Shown one piece after another: positions 15,404 to 24,499 of a stretch of DNA of 64,000 nt. Source of the stretch: a virus; IMG/VR virus record IMGVR_UViG_3300020172_001601, positions 64,198 through 128,197 of that record. One strand, written 5' to 3'. The translations under genes and the position numbers were made by a program. The notes below the pieces were generated by a model. It was not told the origin of the DNA, ran no database searches, and was given only the letters and a program-made list of their open reading frames with translations. Position 1 is the stretch's first letter. Every line of letters starts with the position of its first letter.

Positions 15404-15475
15404 GCGGGTGTAGCTCAGTGGTAGAGCGTCACGTTGCCAACGTGGATGTCGTGGGTTCAAGTCCCATCACCCGCT
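15404..15475 (+). tRNA. tRNA-Gly (GCC) second copy
   Basis: Acceptor GCGGGTG/CACCCGC; anticodon loop TTGCCAA. Confidence 0.8.
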
Positions 15476-15479
15476 CTTT

Positions 15480-15550
15480 GCAGATATGATGTAGTGGTAG
15501 CCTTCGACTTTCCCAAAGTCGCTGTGTGAGTTCGATTCTCACTATCTGCT
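15480..15550 (+). tRNA. tRNA-Gly (CCC)
   Basis: Acceptor GCAGATA/TATCTGC; anticodon arm CGACT-TTCCCAA-AGTCG. Confidence 0.75.
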
Positions 15551-15561
15551 CTGTTCGATAT

Positions 15562-15701
15562 GCGTCTTTAGTGTAACTGTTAGAGCCGACCGACCTGAAA
15601 GGCCACCGGGCAACCGAGTTCTTCAGGCACGACAAGCGATAACGGCTGAAGCACGTCGCCTCTGGAGGGCAAGAGACTAGGTGCGAATCCTAGAGGACGC
15701 T
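15562..15701 (+). tRNA. tRNA-like termini (GCGTCTT...AGGACGC) with ~65-nt internal insert (140 nt)
   Basis: D-arm GTGT..GAGC; T-arm CTAGG-TGCGAAT-CCTAG. Confidence 0.3.
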
Positions 15702-15717
15702 CTTATAATGAAAGTAT

Positions 15718-15789
15718 GGCCCATTCGTCTAGCGGCTAGGACGTAACCCTCTCAAGGTTAAAACAGGAGTTCGATTCTCCTATGGGTCA
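15718..15789 (+). tRNA. tRNA-Glu (CTC)
   Basis: Acceptor GGCCCAT/ATGGGTC; anticodon arm TAACC-CTCTCAA-GGTTA. Confidence 0.8.
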
Positions 15790-15801
15790 CTGTTAATGAT
15801 T

Positions 15802-15926
15802 GCCGGGTTAGCTCAATGGTAGAGCGCCAAAAACTACTCTCAGCAATATTTGGGCTTCGGCCATGCTCGTTGGGAATACATTCCACTCGGAGGAGGAGGT
15901 CGTTGGTCCGATTCCAACACCCGGCA
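15802..15926 (+). ncRNA. tRNA-like RNA with ~50-nt structured insert at the anticodon-arm position; paralog of 41936-42058
   Basis: Perfect acceptor GCCGGGT/ACCCGGC, canonical D-arm, T-arm GTTGG-TCCGATT-CCAAC; insert has ATATTTGGGCTTCGGCCATGC (UUCG hairpin) and ATGCTCGTTGGGAATACATT hairpin. Confidence 0.5.
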
Positions 15927-15928
15927 CT

Positions 15929-16825
15929 ATGATTTGCGTTTACTTAGTAAATGAAGAACCGGCTTATATTGGGATGTTGTCCCTCAGCCTTAAAATGCTG
16001 CGACAGCATAACCCTAATGTGCCAGTTATTGTTTACTATGTCCAAGATGGCAAAAGGGATTCACGAAAAATCCCGCTCACTGAAATAACGAGAGCCTTGA
16101 ATAAGTTGCCAAACGACTATGCGTCGTTCAGTAATCTCTGCGAAGAACTCAATGTCGAGATTAGAGTTCGCAAGCCAAAACAAGAAGAAGCATATTACTC
16201 TCTGCATCGTTTGCTGTTGCAGGAGATCGAAGAAGAGACAGTGCTTCTGTTAGATGGCGACACCTTTATCTTCGGCAATATTGAGGAATTTCCCAAGATA
16301 TATGCTGGATACGATTTTGTCGCCACACCGAATTCTTGGGGCATGGTTCATCCGGTTCCTGGTTTAGACCCCAGCTTCAAGTCGTTCAACTCCGGCGTGG
16401 TGTTATGTCAGAACGGCATATTCAAGCGTTGGATGAATACAATAGGCGATTACTGTCAGAGATTATATGACGGTCGCCATCCACAGTCAGAATGGTTGTG
16501 GAGTGTAAGTTTAGAGTGTGCTGGCCGAGAAGAGTTGGCGGCGAGTTTGTTTGTTTTAGACAACGGTTTGAAGTACAGATACTTCGAGGATCAGCATGTG
16601 CAAATGGGGAGTTACGATGGCAACACCCGCATATTGCACACGCTAAGTCCTAGTTGGCATTCGTTGTATAACGAATGCTTCAAACCACAACGGCGAATGC
16701 TTTTTAAGCCACGCTTAAAAAATGATGCAGATGCCAGTCGTGAAGCAGATGATGATCTTGATTATCCACCAGAGGCCGATGGCAATACCGCCAACGCCCA
16801 GGCCGAACAACCAAGTTTTGAATGA
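15929..16825 (+). CDS. putative glycosyltransferase (GT8-like nucleotide-sugar transferase)
   Basis: LLDGDTFIF DxD-like motif; track start 15863 trimmed because it lay inside the tRNA-like RNA. Confidence 0.4.
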   Translation: MICVYLVNEEPAYIGMLSLSLKMLRQHNPNVPVIVYYVQDGKRDSRKIPLTEITRALNKLPNDYASFSNLCEELNVEIRVRKPKQEEAYYSLHRLLLQEIEEETVLLLDGDTFIFGNIEEFPKIYAGYDFVATPNSWGMVHPVPGLDPSFKSFNSGVVLCQNGIFKRWMNTIGDYCQRLYDGRHPQSEWLWSVSLECAGREELAASLFVLDNGLKYRYFEDQHVQMGSYDGNTRILHTLSPSWHSLYNECFKPQRRMLFKPRLKNDADASREADDDLDYPPEADGNTANAQAEQPSFE

Positions 16826-16909
16826 TTTAAGTTTAGAAATGAACTTGTCCTTGTCCATGTGTACCTCCTTGATACGATAAGGTATATATGCAACAATGAT
16901 GATGATTTT

Positions 16910-16985
16910 CAGGGTGTAGCTCAGTTTGGTAGAGCGCCTGGTTCGGGACCAGGAGGTTTCGGAGGTTCAAGTCCTCTCACCCTGA
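16910..16985 (+). tRNA. tRNA-Pro (CGG)
   Basis: Acceptor CAGGGTG/CACCCTG; anticodon arm CCTGG-TTCGGGA-CCAGG. Confidence 0.8.
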
Positions 16986-16998
16986 CTTGTAGAGACAA

Positions 16999-17018
16999 AT
17001 GCTAGTTGGGTTTACATT
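16999..17018 (+). repeat. copy of motif ATGCTAGTTGGGTTTACATT in 3' trailer of tRNA-Pro(CGG)
   Basis: Homologous to 15863-15882, 17182-17202, 42000-42018; region 16990-17092 bounded by inverted repeat AGAGACAA/TTGTCTCT. Confidence 0.55.
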
Positions 17019-17094
17019 GGATGCTAAGGCTCGGACCTAAAAGCTACCGCAAGGTGGCTGCAAAACAACTCAGCGCAATTTGTTGTCTCTATAT

Positions 17095-17169
17095 CAGGGT
17101 GTAGCTCAGTTTGGCTAGAGCGCCCGGTCTGGAACCGGGAGGCCGTAGGTTCAAGTCCTACTACCCTGA
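17095..17169 (+). tRNA. tRNA-Pro (TGG by position; C at 33)
   Basis: Acceptor CAGGGTG/TACCCTG; anticodon arm CCCGG-TCTGGAA-CCGGG. Confidence 0.7.
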
Positions 17170-17181
17170 CTTTTGTGACAA

Positions 17182-17202
17182 ATGCTCGTTTGGGATTACA
17201 TT
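17182..17202 (+). repeat. copy of motif ATGCTCGTTTGGGATTACATT in 3' trailer of tRNA-Pro(TGG)
   Basis: Region 17172-17300 bounded by inverted repeat TTTGTGACAA/TTGTCACAAA and contains a T-arm-like TTGG-TTCGACT-CCAA. Confidence 0.55.
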
Positions 17203-17327
17203 TGGTTCGACTCCAAGGGGCGGCTCTTTCAAAAACATGCCGCCCAACCAGCACAGGGCAACCTGGGGCTGGGGTCCGATCTCAGCACAATTTGTTGTCA
17301 CAAAATACACTTAAAAGAAAGATTGCT

Positions 17328-17699
17328 ATGCCAGAAAAATACAATTCGGTACTTTGGAAGGACTTTCCAACACTCGTTAAAAACGAACTGGAAAGAGCTA
17401 GGAATAAACACCCCGGCACTCAACATAACCTGCATGAAGGTTATGCGGTCATCCTTGAAGAAGTGGACGAATTTTGGGACATAGTAAAGAGCCAAAGGCC
17501 CGATCCGGTTCACGCCATTGAGGAATTGGTTCAAATCGCCGCTATGTGCCAAAGGACAGCGGAAGACTTGCTGTTGCGGAAAGAAAAGCGATGCAGTCGT
17601 TGCAATGTCCTATTGTCAGAAAACATTGCTAAGTATTGTGGCGATAGTGAAGAGAAAGAATCTCACAGATGGATGTCTGTTCCAGACGAGAAGACTTAA
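17328..17699 (+). CDS. MazG-like nucleotide pyrophosphohydrolase domain protein (putative)
   Basis: HEGYAVILEEVDEFWD resembles the MazG EExxE metal site; start trimmed to ATG 17328. Confidence 0.4.
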   Translation: MPEKYNSVLWKDFPTLVKNELERARNKHPGTQHNLHEGYAVILEEVDEFWDIVKSQRPDPVHAIEELVQIAAMCQRTAEDLLLRKEKRCSRCNVLLSENIAKYCGDSEEKESHRWMSVPDEKT

Positions 17700-17702
17700 T
17701 TC

Positions 17703-17776
17703 AGGCTGTAGCTCAGTTTGGCTAGAGCGCTTGCATGGGGTGCAAGAGGTCGGAGGTTCAAGTCCTCTCAGCCTGA
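17703..17776 (+). tRNA. tRNA-Pro (GGG)
   Basis: Acceptor CAGGCTG/CAGCCTG; anticodon arm CTTGC-ATGGGGT-GCAAG. Confidence 0.8.
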
Positions 17777-17963
17777 CTGAATTTCGTATTTTTTTTCTTA
17801 TTACGAATGCGACCATCGAGGCAACAAGAAAGGTGATGTAAGTGCAATGCTTACACTTAGCAAAAATTCTATATTAGCTGAAATGCAAAAATGCGATGTA
17901 AGATGTGTTCGTTGTCATCGTCTTAAAACAGCGAAAGAATTTGGCTATTACAAAATGATACTT

Positions 17964-18034
17964 GCTTCCTTGGTATAACGGTATTACGCCGCCCTCGTAA
18001 AGCGGAAATGAGTGTTCAATTCACTCAGGAAGCT
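17964..18034 (+). tRNA. tRNA-Thr (CGT)
   Basis: Acceptor GCTTCCT/AGGAAGC; anticodon loop CTCGTAA. Confidence 0.75.
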
Positions 18035-18043
18035 CTGATATAT

Positions 18044-18116
18044 GACAGCGAAGCCAAACGGCTCGGCGACAGTTTCATAAGCTGTTCATTAGTGGGTTCG
18101 ACTCCCACCGCTGTCA
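18044..18116 (+). tRNA. tRNA-Met/Ile2 (CAT) third copy
   Basis: Acceptor GACAGCG/CGCTGTC; anticodon arm ACAGT-TTCATAA-GCTGT. Confidence 0.65.
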
Positions 18117-18207
18117 CTTGGTTCAAATGCAGGCAGGATTACATTTATCGGGCGATGAGCCGAAAGGGTCGCTGGTTCGATTCCAGCCCCAGCAGCTTAG
18201 ATAGATT

Positions 18208-18789
18208 ATGTTGAAACCCACACGTTTAATTTGGCAAGACTTGGTTAGTCGGATTGTTCAATTGGGACATGATCGAGATCAAGTTGTGCATGGCTCAATG
18301 CCTGAAAGTACACTGGCTCTTTTGTCAAATGTATTGACAGGGAATGGTTTGCAAATTGGTGGATTTGTTGGCGTGTCTCATTGTTATTTGGCGTGGGCCT
18401 TGCGAGACAAAGGCTCGATATGCACTGTGGACCCCAATTTGAAACATCGTGGTATTGAAAATCCTTTCTTGGTTGCGACCAGGATGGTTTCTGAGTTTGG
18501 ATTATTGAAAAACTCAATGCTGATATGTGGATATGGCCTAAAACAAATGCGGTTGTTTGCGATCTTGGGAGTGAAATTTGATTTCATCATTTTGGATGGC
18601 AATCATGATTTTCAGATGGTGAATGATGAGATCGAGTGCGCCACACCGATATTGAAAGACGGTGGATATTTGGTCTTGGATGACATCGACCATTGGGACG
18701 GTCCAAAAAAGGTTTACAACAGCGGTCCAGCAGGGTATAATCGGATCGAACTGGATTCGAGGGCTGGACTTTTGCAGAAAATGGGGTAA
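18208..18789 (+). CDS. class I SAM-dependent methyltransferase (Methyltransf_24/TylF-like)
   Basis: ILDGNHDFQMV..LKDGGYLVLDDI matches the DGDHSYE..PGG..DD pattern. Confidence 0.5.
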   Translation: MLKPTRLIWQDLVSRIVQLGHDRDQVVHGSMPESTLALLSNVLTGNGLQIGGFVGVSHCYLAWALRDKGSICTVDPNLKHRGIENPFLVATRMVSEFGLLKNSMLICGYGLKQMRLFAILGVKFDFIILDGNHDFQMVNDEIECATPILKDGGYLVLDDIDHWDGPKKVYNSGPAGYNRIELDSRAGLLQKMG

Positions 18790-18865
18790 TTCGTCAGAGC
18801 ATCCTTTGAGAAGTGAAAAGAGAGTCTGCTGTACTTTTGCAGCACTTTTTTCAAAGGAGATTCAG

Positions 18866-19222
18866 ATGAAGATTTACCAAGTTGGTCCAGACGTTCCTTA
18901 CGATTTGCCTGGGGAGGACAACCAGCAGTTCGAGTGGGTAGTGTTCTGGTATGAGGACGGTGGATACGATGGTTCGGGTGAAGCAGTTGGACTGTGCAAG
19001 GATGACGGGCTGCTTTACATCAAGGACTTGGGACACTGTTTTTGCTACGGTCCAATGGACGGCGGGTTGGAATCCGGCGACAAGATGACCGTAGAGGATT
19101 TTTTGAAGCACAATGAAAGTGTACTTGCTTATGAACCCAAGGATGAAATCAAAAGCAAGGTAGCAGAACTACTTCAATGGAAGGCTCCGGTCTTCTTTGA
19201 AAAGTTTCACTTCCTTGGCTGA
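18866..19222 (+). CDS. hypothetical protein
   Basis: AAGGAG RBS and ATG 18866. Confidence 0.4.
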   Translation: MKIYQVGPDVPYDLPGEDNQQFEWVVFWYEDGGYDGSGEAVGLCKDDGLLYIKDLGHCFCYGPMDGGLESGDKMTVEDFLKHNESVLAYEPKDEIKSKVAELLQWKAPVFFEKFHFLG

Positions 19223-19284
19223 AATGTGATCGTGAATCCTAAATATTGTGGACTGCTTCGGTGGTCCATATTGTTTAGGAAAAT

Positions 19285-19359
19285 CGGGGTGTAGCTCAGT
19301 TTGGCTAGAGCGCCTGCTTTGGGAGCAGGAAGTCGCAGGTTCGAGTCCTGTCACCCCGA
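19285..19359 (+). tRNA. tRNA-Pro (TGG) further copy
   Basis: Acceptor CGGGGTG/CACCCCG; anticodon arm CCTGC-TTTGGGA-GCAGG. Confidence 0.8.
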
Positions 19360-19462
19360 CTTTCGCCTAAGACAACCAGTGCTGGTCTTGGATGACGTAA
19401 AATGCTGAAATTCTGCGGGGACTGATAAGGAAAACTAAAGAAGCTGGTCGAGGCGATCTATC

Positions 19463-19732
19463 ATGAAATTCAAACGTCGCAAAACTGACAAGGGATTCCT
19501 GTACATATTCTGGTGTCCAGGTTGTCGAGCAAACCACACATTTGATGTGCGGGATGGCGAATGGGAATTCGATGGTGATTGGGAAAATCCAACTTTCTCT
19601 CCATCACTGAATCTCATTCCTCAAGGCGGTCGATGCCACTTGTTTGTCAAGAACGGCATCATTGAGTTCTTAGGTGATTGCAAACATCATTTGTGTGGGC
19701 AACATATTCCAATGGTGGAATTGCCTGAATAA
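19463..19732 (+). CDS. small Cys-rich (zinc-ribbon-like) protein
   Basis: WCPGC...C..HLCGQH. Confidence 0.35.
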   Translation: MKFKRRKTDKGFLYIFWCPGCRANHTFDVRDGEWEFDGDWENPTFSPSLNLIPQGGRCHLFVKNGIIEFLGDCKHHLCGQHIPMVELPE

Positions 19733-19733
19733 T

Positions 19734-19806
<73 letters not shown>

Positions 19807-20030
19807 CTACCTCTGGTTGTTTTACGACCGGAAGGCTGAATCAACAGTGTATCGGTCGTATTACGACTGATGGGGTTTCGGATCAGACCGGCTTTGGATT
19901 AAGCTAACCCGCAGGGCGTAGCCTCGTGCAACATCTGTCCCGGCAAAACCGTTCTTCGGGTGCCTAGCGAGGGCTGTAGTGAGTGTCAGTCACCCACCCT
20001 GGGGAATCAACGAGTTGTTCCGAATTTTAT

Positions 20031-20101
20031 GGTCGATTGGTGAAACGGTATCACGCTACTATGACACGGTAGACTCAGAGGTTCGACTCCTCTATCGACC
20101 A
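20031..20101 (+). tRNA. tRNA-Val (GAC)
   Basis: Acceptor GGTCGAT/ATCGACC; anticodon loop ATGACAC. Confidence 0.8.
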
Positions 20102-20106
20102 CTATC

Positions 20107-20445
20107 TTGAATACGACATGGCTACTCACAATTCCAGCATTCATCGTCTTCTGTGCCGGTGCTTATTGCACATATACTAAAGGCATCCGGGAGTCGTGGG
20201 TATATTTGCCTGCGTATATTGGCCTGTCTCTCATTTCTTCGTTTATTTGGGTTGTCGTCGCTCGCCGACTTGACACGACAAATAACCTTCTCTTGTTCTC
20301 TTTGGTTTGGGATGTATTGATGGTCTTGGCGTATTACGCCGGGCCTCTCATCTTCAAAGGCGAGAACCTAAGTTGGCAGGCATATGCTGCTGCCGCCCTC
20401 ACTGTGACCGGCATATGTTGGTTCAAAATCGCCACGGGCGATTAG
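20107..20445 (+). CDS. small integral membrane protein
   Basis: Three hydrophobic segments. Confidence 0.4.
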   Translation: MNTTWLLTIPAFIVFCAGAYCTYTKGIRESWVYLPAYIGLSLISSFIWVVVARRLDTTNNLLLFSLVWDVLMVLAYYAGPLIFKGENLSWQAYAAAALTVTGICWFKIATGD

Positions 20446-20476
20446 TTTGTAATTGTCACCATCAAAGGATTCTGGT

Positions 20477-20749
20477 ATGAATACCGCTGACAAATGCGAA
20501 GCCATCATTCGACGTATCGTTGAACTGGCGAATGCAGGGAAGCCTGTTACATTTGAAGAAGATTGGGGAGGCAATTCGTTGACCATTAACGTGGGATCAG
20601 GACATACCCATGTCGGTTACGATGATGCTCCATTTGATCTTCTTGTTGATAATCTTTACAACACGCTTCATGGTGGTCCAGGTTTGTCTTGGGCCGGTCC
20701 TGGCCCTGACGATGAAGTTGATCCAAGCCCCGGCCAATTAGTCTCGTAG
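20477..20749 (+). CDS. hypothetical protein
   Basis: ATG 20477 (track start 20453 is TTG). Confidence 0.35.
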   Translation: MNTADKCEAIIRRIVELANAGKPVTFEEDWGGNSLTINVGSGHTHVGYDDAPFDLLVDNLYNTLHGGPGLSWAGPGPDDEVDPSPGQLVS

Positions 20750-20756
20750 GTGATAA

Positions 20757-21089
20757 ATGCTTCCTAGTGATATTGGTATTCAAAGAATGATCCGCAGGGA
20801 AGCGGCAAATGGAATGGCGGTAGCTGAGTTGGAATATCTCGGTCTATCTTTGCGAGTCATCAATACACTTGAAGAAAAGGTTGGCATTGTCTATATCAAG
20901 CAATTGATCGAAAAATCAAAAGAAGACCTGCTCGATATTCGCCAACTCGGATCAGGCGCAGTCAAACAAATCATTGCAGCCTTGGAACGCTTTCCAGAGC
21001 TTGAAAGCGAGCGACAACGCTGGCACCAAGGCTCAGAAAGAACTGAGTATTACAAGACCCGAATCAATATCAGAGCCATTCTTGCGTGA
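20757..21089 (+). CDS. hypothetical protein with RNA polymerase alpha-CTD-like helix-hairpin-helix (putative)
   Basis: LEYLGLSLRVINTLEE...DLLDIRQLGSGAVKQIIAAL resembles alpha-CTD. Confidence 0.3.
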   Translation: MLPSDIGIQRMIRREAANGMAVAELEYLGLSLRVINTLEEKVGIVYIKQLIEKSKEDLLDIRQLGSGAVKQIIAALERFPELESERQRWHQGSERTEYYKTRINIRAILA

Positions 21090-21099
21090 AGGGTAAATC

Positions 21100-21927
21100 A
21101 TGGCAGTCAATCTTGGTCCCCTCGGTCCTTCTGGTCCTCCAGGTTTACTTGGTCCTGTTGGAGTTGATCCAACATGGTATCAACCTTGTCGTGGGGCCGA
21201 AGATGGCGGCTATACAATTCGCATCTGCCCGCCATTGAAGGGCAGAAAGTTTTGCTTGCGAACTCGCAATCATCGAGTTGGCAGCAAGACGTTTCAATGT
21301 CACAAAGAGGTCGTTGACAATAAATGGCAAGGCGAATGTGCCATTTGCGATCAATATAGCAAGTTGTGGAAAGAGTATTTGGGCGATGGCTTTGAAATGC
21401 TGTCTTCTACTCCTATGTCCAAGCCAAGATTCTTCCCAGGAAGTCTCGAAGACTTTAAGCGTGAACTCACCGCAATTAAACCCAACGAACGATATTACTT
21501 CAACATTATTGTTCGTGACGAAGAAGAACGTGGCGTTGTTAAATGGTCCTGCGGCAAGACCATATACACCAAAATCCTTGAAGGCATTGTGGGAAACGAA
21601 AGCAACCCAAATGTGCCTCGGCTTGGTGATATAACCGATCCCAAAAAGGGATATGATCTGCATATCCGAAAGATTGCAAAGAATGGCGGTGGCTCTCACG
21701 GGTGGCCAGATTATTCTGCTTCTCAGTTCTTGCCATCTACGCCGCTGGGTAAACCTAAACAAATCAAATTGTGGTTATCGCAATTGCATGATTTGTCTGC
21801 GTTGCGTATATTGTCTTCTAAGGAGAGCATGGAATCTGCTCTCGAAGACGTGTTTGGGCATCTCGGTGCTGTGAACCCAAAACAAAAATATCGCTCTCTG
21901 ACCGACCCATTTGAACCAGCGTGGTAA
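21100..21927 (+). CDS. hypothetical protein, short collagen-like G-x-y N-terminus; ends KYRSLTDPFEPAW
   Basis: GPLGPSGPPGLLGPVG N-terminus; shared C-terminal motif. Confidence 0.45.
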   Translation: MAVNLGPLGPSGPPGLLGPVGVDPTWYQPCRGAEDGGYTIRICPPLKGRKFCLRTRNHRVGSKTFQCHKEVVDNKWQGECAICDQYSKLWKEYLGDGFEMLSSTPMSKPRFFPGSLEDFKRELTAIKPNERYYFNIIVRDEEERGVVKWSCGKTIYTKILEGIVGNESNPNVPRLGDITDPKKGYDLHIRKIAKNGGGSHGWPDYSASQFLPSTPLGKPKQIKLWLSQLHDLSALRILSSKESMESALEDVFGHLGAVNPKQKYRSLTDPFEPAW

Positions 21928-21937
21928 TAGATAACAT

Positions 21938-22351
21938 ATGCTCCCTAGCAAGCTAAAACTCTTTTTTGATGGGTCATGCGAGCCAAAAAACCCCGGTGGA
22001 ATAGCTGGGTATGGATGGCGTCTAGTTGACATGGATGGCAACGAGGTCGGGACAGACCGTGGTGAGGTCTGCCGGGGTCCGGGAGCAACAAACAATATTG
22101 CAGAATGGGCAGGTGTAACGAATGGATTGCGTTACCTAAAAGAAAAAGAATGGCAAGGCACGCTGGAAATACTCGGCGACTCTCAGCTTGTCATTCGACA
22201 ATTGCTTGGTGAATATAAGGTTCGCAAAGATACCTTAATCCCTTATCATCAAGAGTGCATGGGCCTACTGAAAGACCTTCAGTGGAAGGCAACGTGGATT
22301 CCACGAGAACAAAATGAGGAATGTGACCGGCTTTCTAAGCACGGAGATTGA
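21938..22351 (+). CDS. rnhA: ribonuclease H (RNase HI-like)
   Basis: FFDGSCEPKNPGGIAGYGW matches the RNase H1 TDGSC.GNPG.GG.G motif. Confidence 0.55.
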   Translation: MLPSKLKLFFDGSCEPKNPGGIAGYGWRLVDMDGNEVGTDRGEVCRGPGATNNIAEWAGVTNGLRYLKEKEWQGTLEILGDSQLVIRQLLGEYKVRKDTLIPYHQECMGLLKDLQWKATWIPREQNEECDRLSKHGD

Positions 22352-22409
22352 TCGAGGTATATCCTTCCCATATAATTGAACATTCCAGCTTCAAATATGG
22401 GAGATCAAT

Positions 22410-23657
22410 ATGCAGGTCAATTATCGTGTTTCAGCATCGGGCTATCCTGTTTACCATGTTCAAATGAAAGATGCCTCAGTATGTGAGGCGCATATCGTGT
22501 CTAACTGTGGGTCTGCCCACGAAGACGCTGATTCTTGGGGCGTGGCACACTTCCTGGAGCATATGTGCTTCCAAGGAACTCCCACTAAGAACAAACATCA
22601 AGTAAGCCGTGAACAGTCCTTGATTGGTTCGTACAACGCATACACAAACCAATTCAATACTGTCTATCACTTCGACGCACTTAACGAAGACTTTGAGAAA
22701 GGTTTTGTTCTTCTTAAAGAAGCCGTCTTCGATTCTTGTTATCCTGAAAAGGAATTCGAGAAGGAAAAGAGTGTTATTGTCGAAGAGTGGAGGATGTATG
22801 ACAATTATCCTTCCGAACACTTTTCTGACTATGTGATCGAGAAGTGCTTTGGGGCCGAAGAAGGCCACCCAATCATCGGCACAGAAGAGTCTATTCGGGG
22901 CATGAATCCCGAAAAGCTGCACAGATTCAGAAACAAGTGGTACGGCAAAAACAATATCTTTGTTGTTATTGTTGGTAACTTGGATTTTGAAAAGGTGATG
23001 GAAGTCGTTGACAAAACACTCCCGCCAGCACCAGAAGTAGAAACCAGCCCTGTATGTTTGAACGGCGTCTTTGCAGATCAACCGAAGTACACTTTCGAGA
23101 CTGATCGCTTTGAACAAGCTGCATTCGGCATGGTTCGCAAGTGGTCATCGCCAAAAGAGGTTTACAAGAACCGCTATATTGCGAGCTTCTTTTCCTCTGC
23201 TTTGTCTAAGTATATGTACGAGTATATTCGAGACGACCTGGGCTTGTGCTATGGTGTCTGGAGCAGTCGCTTCCGTCACTTCGATAATTCCAATTTGATG
23301 ATCTCGATGCTCACCAATAATGGATACTTGGAGAAGGCCGAAACTGAACTGGCGAATTTGTTTTCCAAAATTAAATCAGAGGGCTTCCCGAACGAAGTCT
23401 TTGAGATTGCCAAGAAGAGTTTGACTTATAACCAAGTCAAAACGCTTGATAACGTGGGCGGCATCGCTGGCTCAGTGGTTTTTGGTGTGCTTGGCTCGTC
23501 TGACAAAGACTGGTTCTTGACTGAAGGACAAAAGGGCATGGACCCTGTTTGGCTCAAGTCTGTGGCCGCACAACTGACCCAGGAAGACCTGAAGGAATTT
23601 GCTAACACTTGGCTCGGCGACTTCACGAAGTTCGCTATGGTTTCAACCAAGAAGTAA
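22410..23657 (+). CDS. M16 (pitrilysin/insulinase) family zinc peptidase
   Basis: HFLEHMCFQGT contains the inverted zincin HxxEH motif. Confidence 0.65.
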   Translation: MQVNYRVSASGYPVYHVQMKDASVCEAHIVSNCGSAHEDADSWGVAHFLEHMCFQGTPTKNKHQVSREQSLIGSYNAYTNQFNTVYHFDALNEDFEKGFVLLKEAVFDSCYPEKEFEKEKSVIVEEWRMYDNYPSEHFSDYVIEKCFGAEEGHPIIGTEESIRGMNPEKLHRFRNKWYGKNNIFVVIVGNLDFEKVMEVVDKTLPPAPEVETSPVCLNGVFADQPKYTFETDRFEQAAFGMVRKWSSPKEVYKNRYIASFFSSALSKYMYEYIRDDLGLCYGVWSSRFRHFDNSNLMISMLTNNGYLEKAETELANLFSKIKSEGFPNEVFEIAKKSLTYNQVKTLDNVGGIAGSVVFGVLGSSDKDWFLTEGQKGMDPVWLKSVAAQLTQEDLKEFANTWLGDFTKFAMVSTKK

Positions 23658-23661
23658 GTGC

Positions 23662-23690
23662 TTTACAGGTCAGTTGATTTGTGGTACTAT
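23662..23690 (+). promoter_or_regulatory. sigma70-type promoter TTTACA-N17-TGGTACTAT
   Basis: Upstream of ORF 23714. Confidence 0.5.
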
Positions 23691-23713
23691 CAGACGTAAG
23701 GAACGGAGATACC

Positions 23714-24217
23714 ATGAAGTACGTCGAAGCATTCTCAATGGAACACCCGGCTCAATATCGAGGCGGGCCTCTAGGCAATATCGTCCCAGGCGAAAACAGT
23801 TTATTCCTGGGCGGTGGCATCACGGGCTGTTTTGATTGGCAGGCCGAAATGTGTCGCCTATTGAAAGATGTGGACGACCTCGTGGTACTCAATCCTCGGC
23901 GCAAGAACTGGCCGATGAACGACCCTAGCGCCACTGACAAGCAAATCAAGTGGGAATACGAACATCTTCAGACAGCGAACATGATTATGTTCTGGTTCGC
24001 CCCTGAGACGCTGTGTCCCATCACTCTGTTTGAATATGGCAAGTGGTTGGTTCGCAACAAACCACTGTTCGTCGGTTGTGATCCGCAATATAAGCGGCTT
24101 CTCGACGTGCAGGTTCAGACTGCTCTGGAGCGACCCTTCCAGAAAGTTCATACGAGTCTTGAAGAAGTGGCAGATAGCATTCTGCTACATATCGACAGAT
24201 ACACGGCGACTGAGTGA
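23714..24217 (+). CDS. hypothetical Rossmann-like protein (nucleoside 2-deoxyribosyltransferase-like, tentative)
   Basis: SLFLGGGITGCFDWQ glycine-rich motif; ATG 23714 after GGAGA. Confidence 0.3.
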   Translation: MKYVEAFSMEHPAQYRGGPLGNIVPGENSLFLGGGITGCFDWQAEMCRLLKDVDDLVVLNPRRKNWPMNDPSATDKQIKWEYEHLQTANMIMFWFAPETLCPITLFEYGKWLVRNKPLFVGCDPQYKRLLDVQVQTALERPFQKVHTSLEEVADSILLHIDRYTATE

Positions 24218-24427
24218 CCATGCTAGTTACGACTATTGAAGAGTTGTGGCGTGAAGTCATGAAGGACGAAGTGCCGGGTTCAAAAGCCTACTACAAGGCT
24301 GAATACTATATGGGGCAAGCTGTTGCTTTGTATGGAGCCGAAACGCTCATTAAGGCTCATAATGAGCGAGAATTGGAAGCAAAGGTTTTTGATGATCCTT
24401 TTAATTTCTTGGTAAATAGATAAATAT

Positions 24428-24496
24428 GTCTCGGCCTGCGGATCAGGCGTTGGGCCTCCGAAGCCCGAATGAAAGGTTCGACTCCTTTCCGGGATA
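24428..24496 (+). tRNA. tRNA-Arg (CCG)
   Basis: Acceptor GTCTCGG/CCGGGAT; anticodon arm TGGGC-CTCCGAA-GCCCG. Confidence 0.7.
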
Positions 24497-24499
24497 CTT

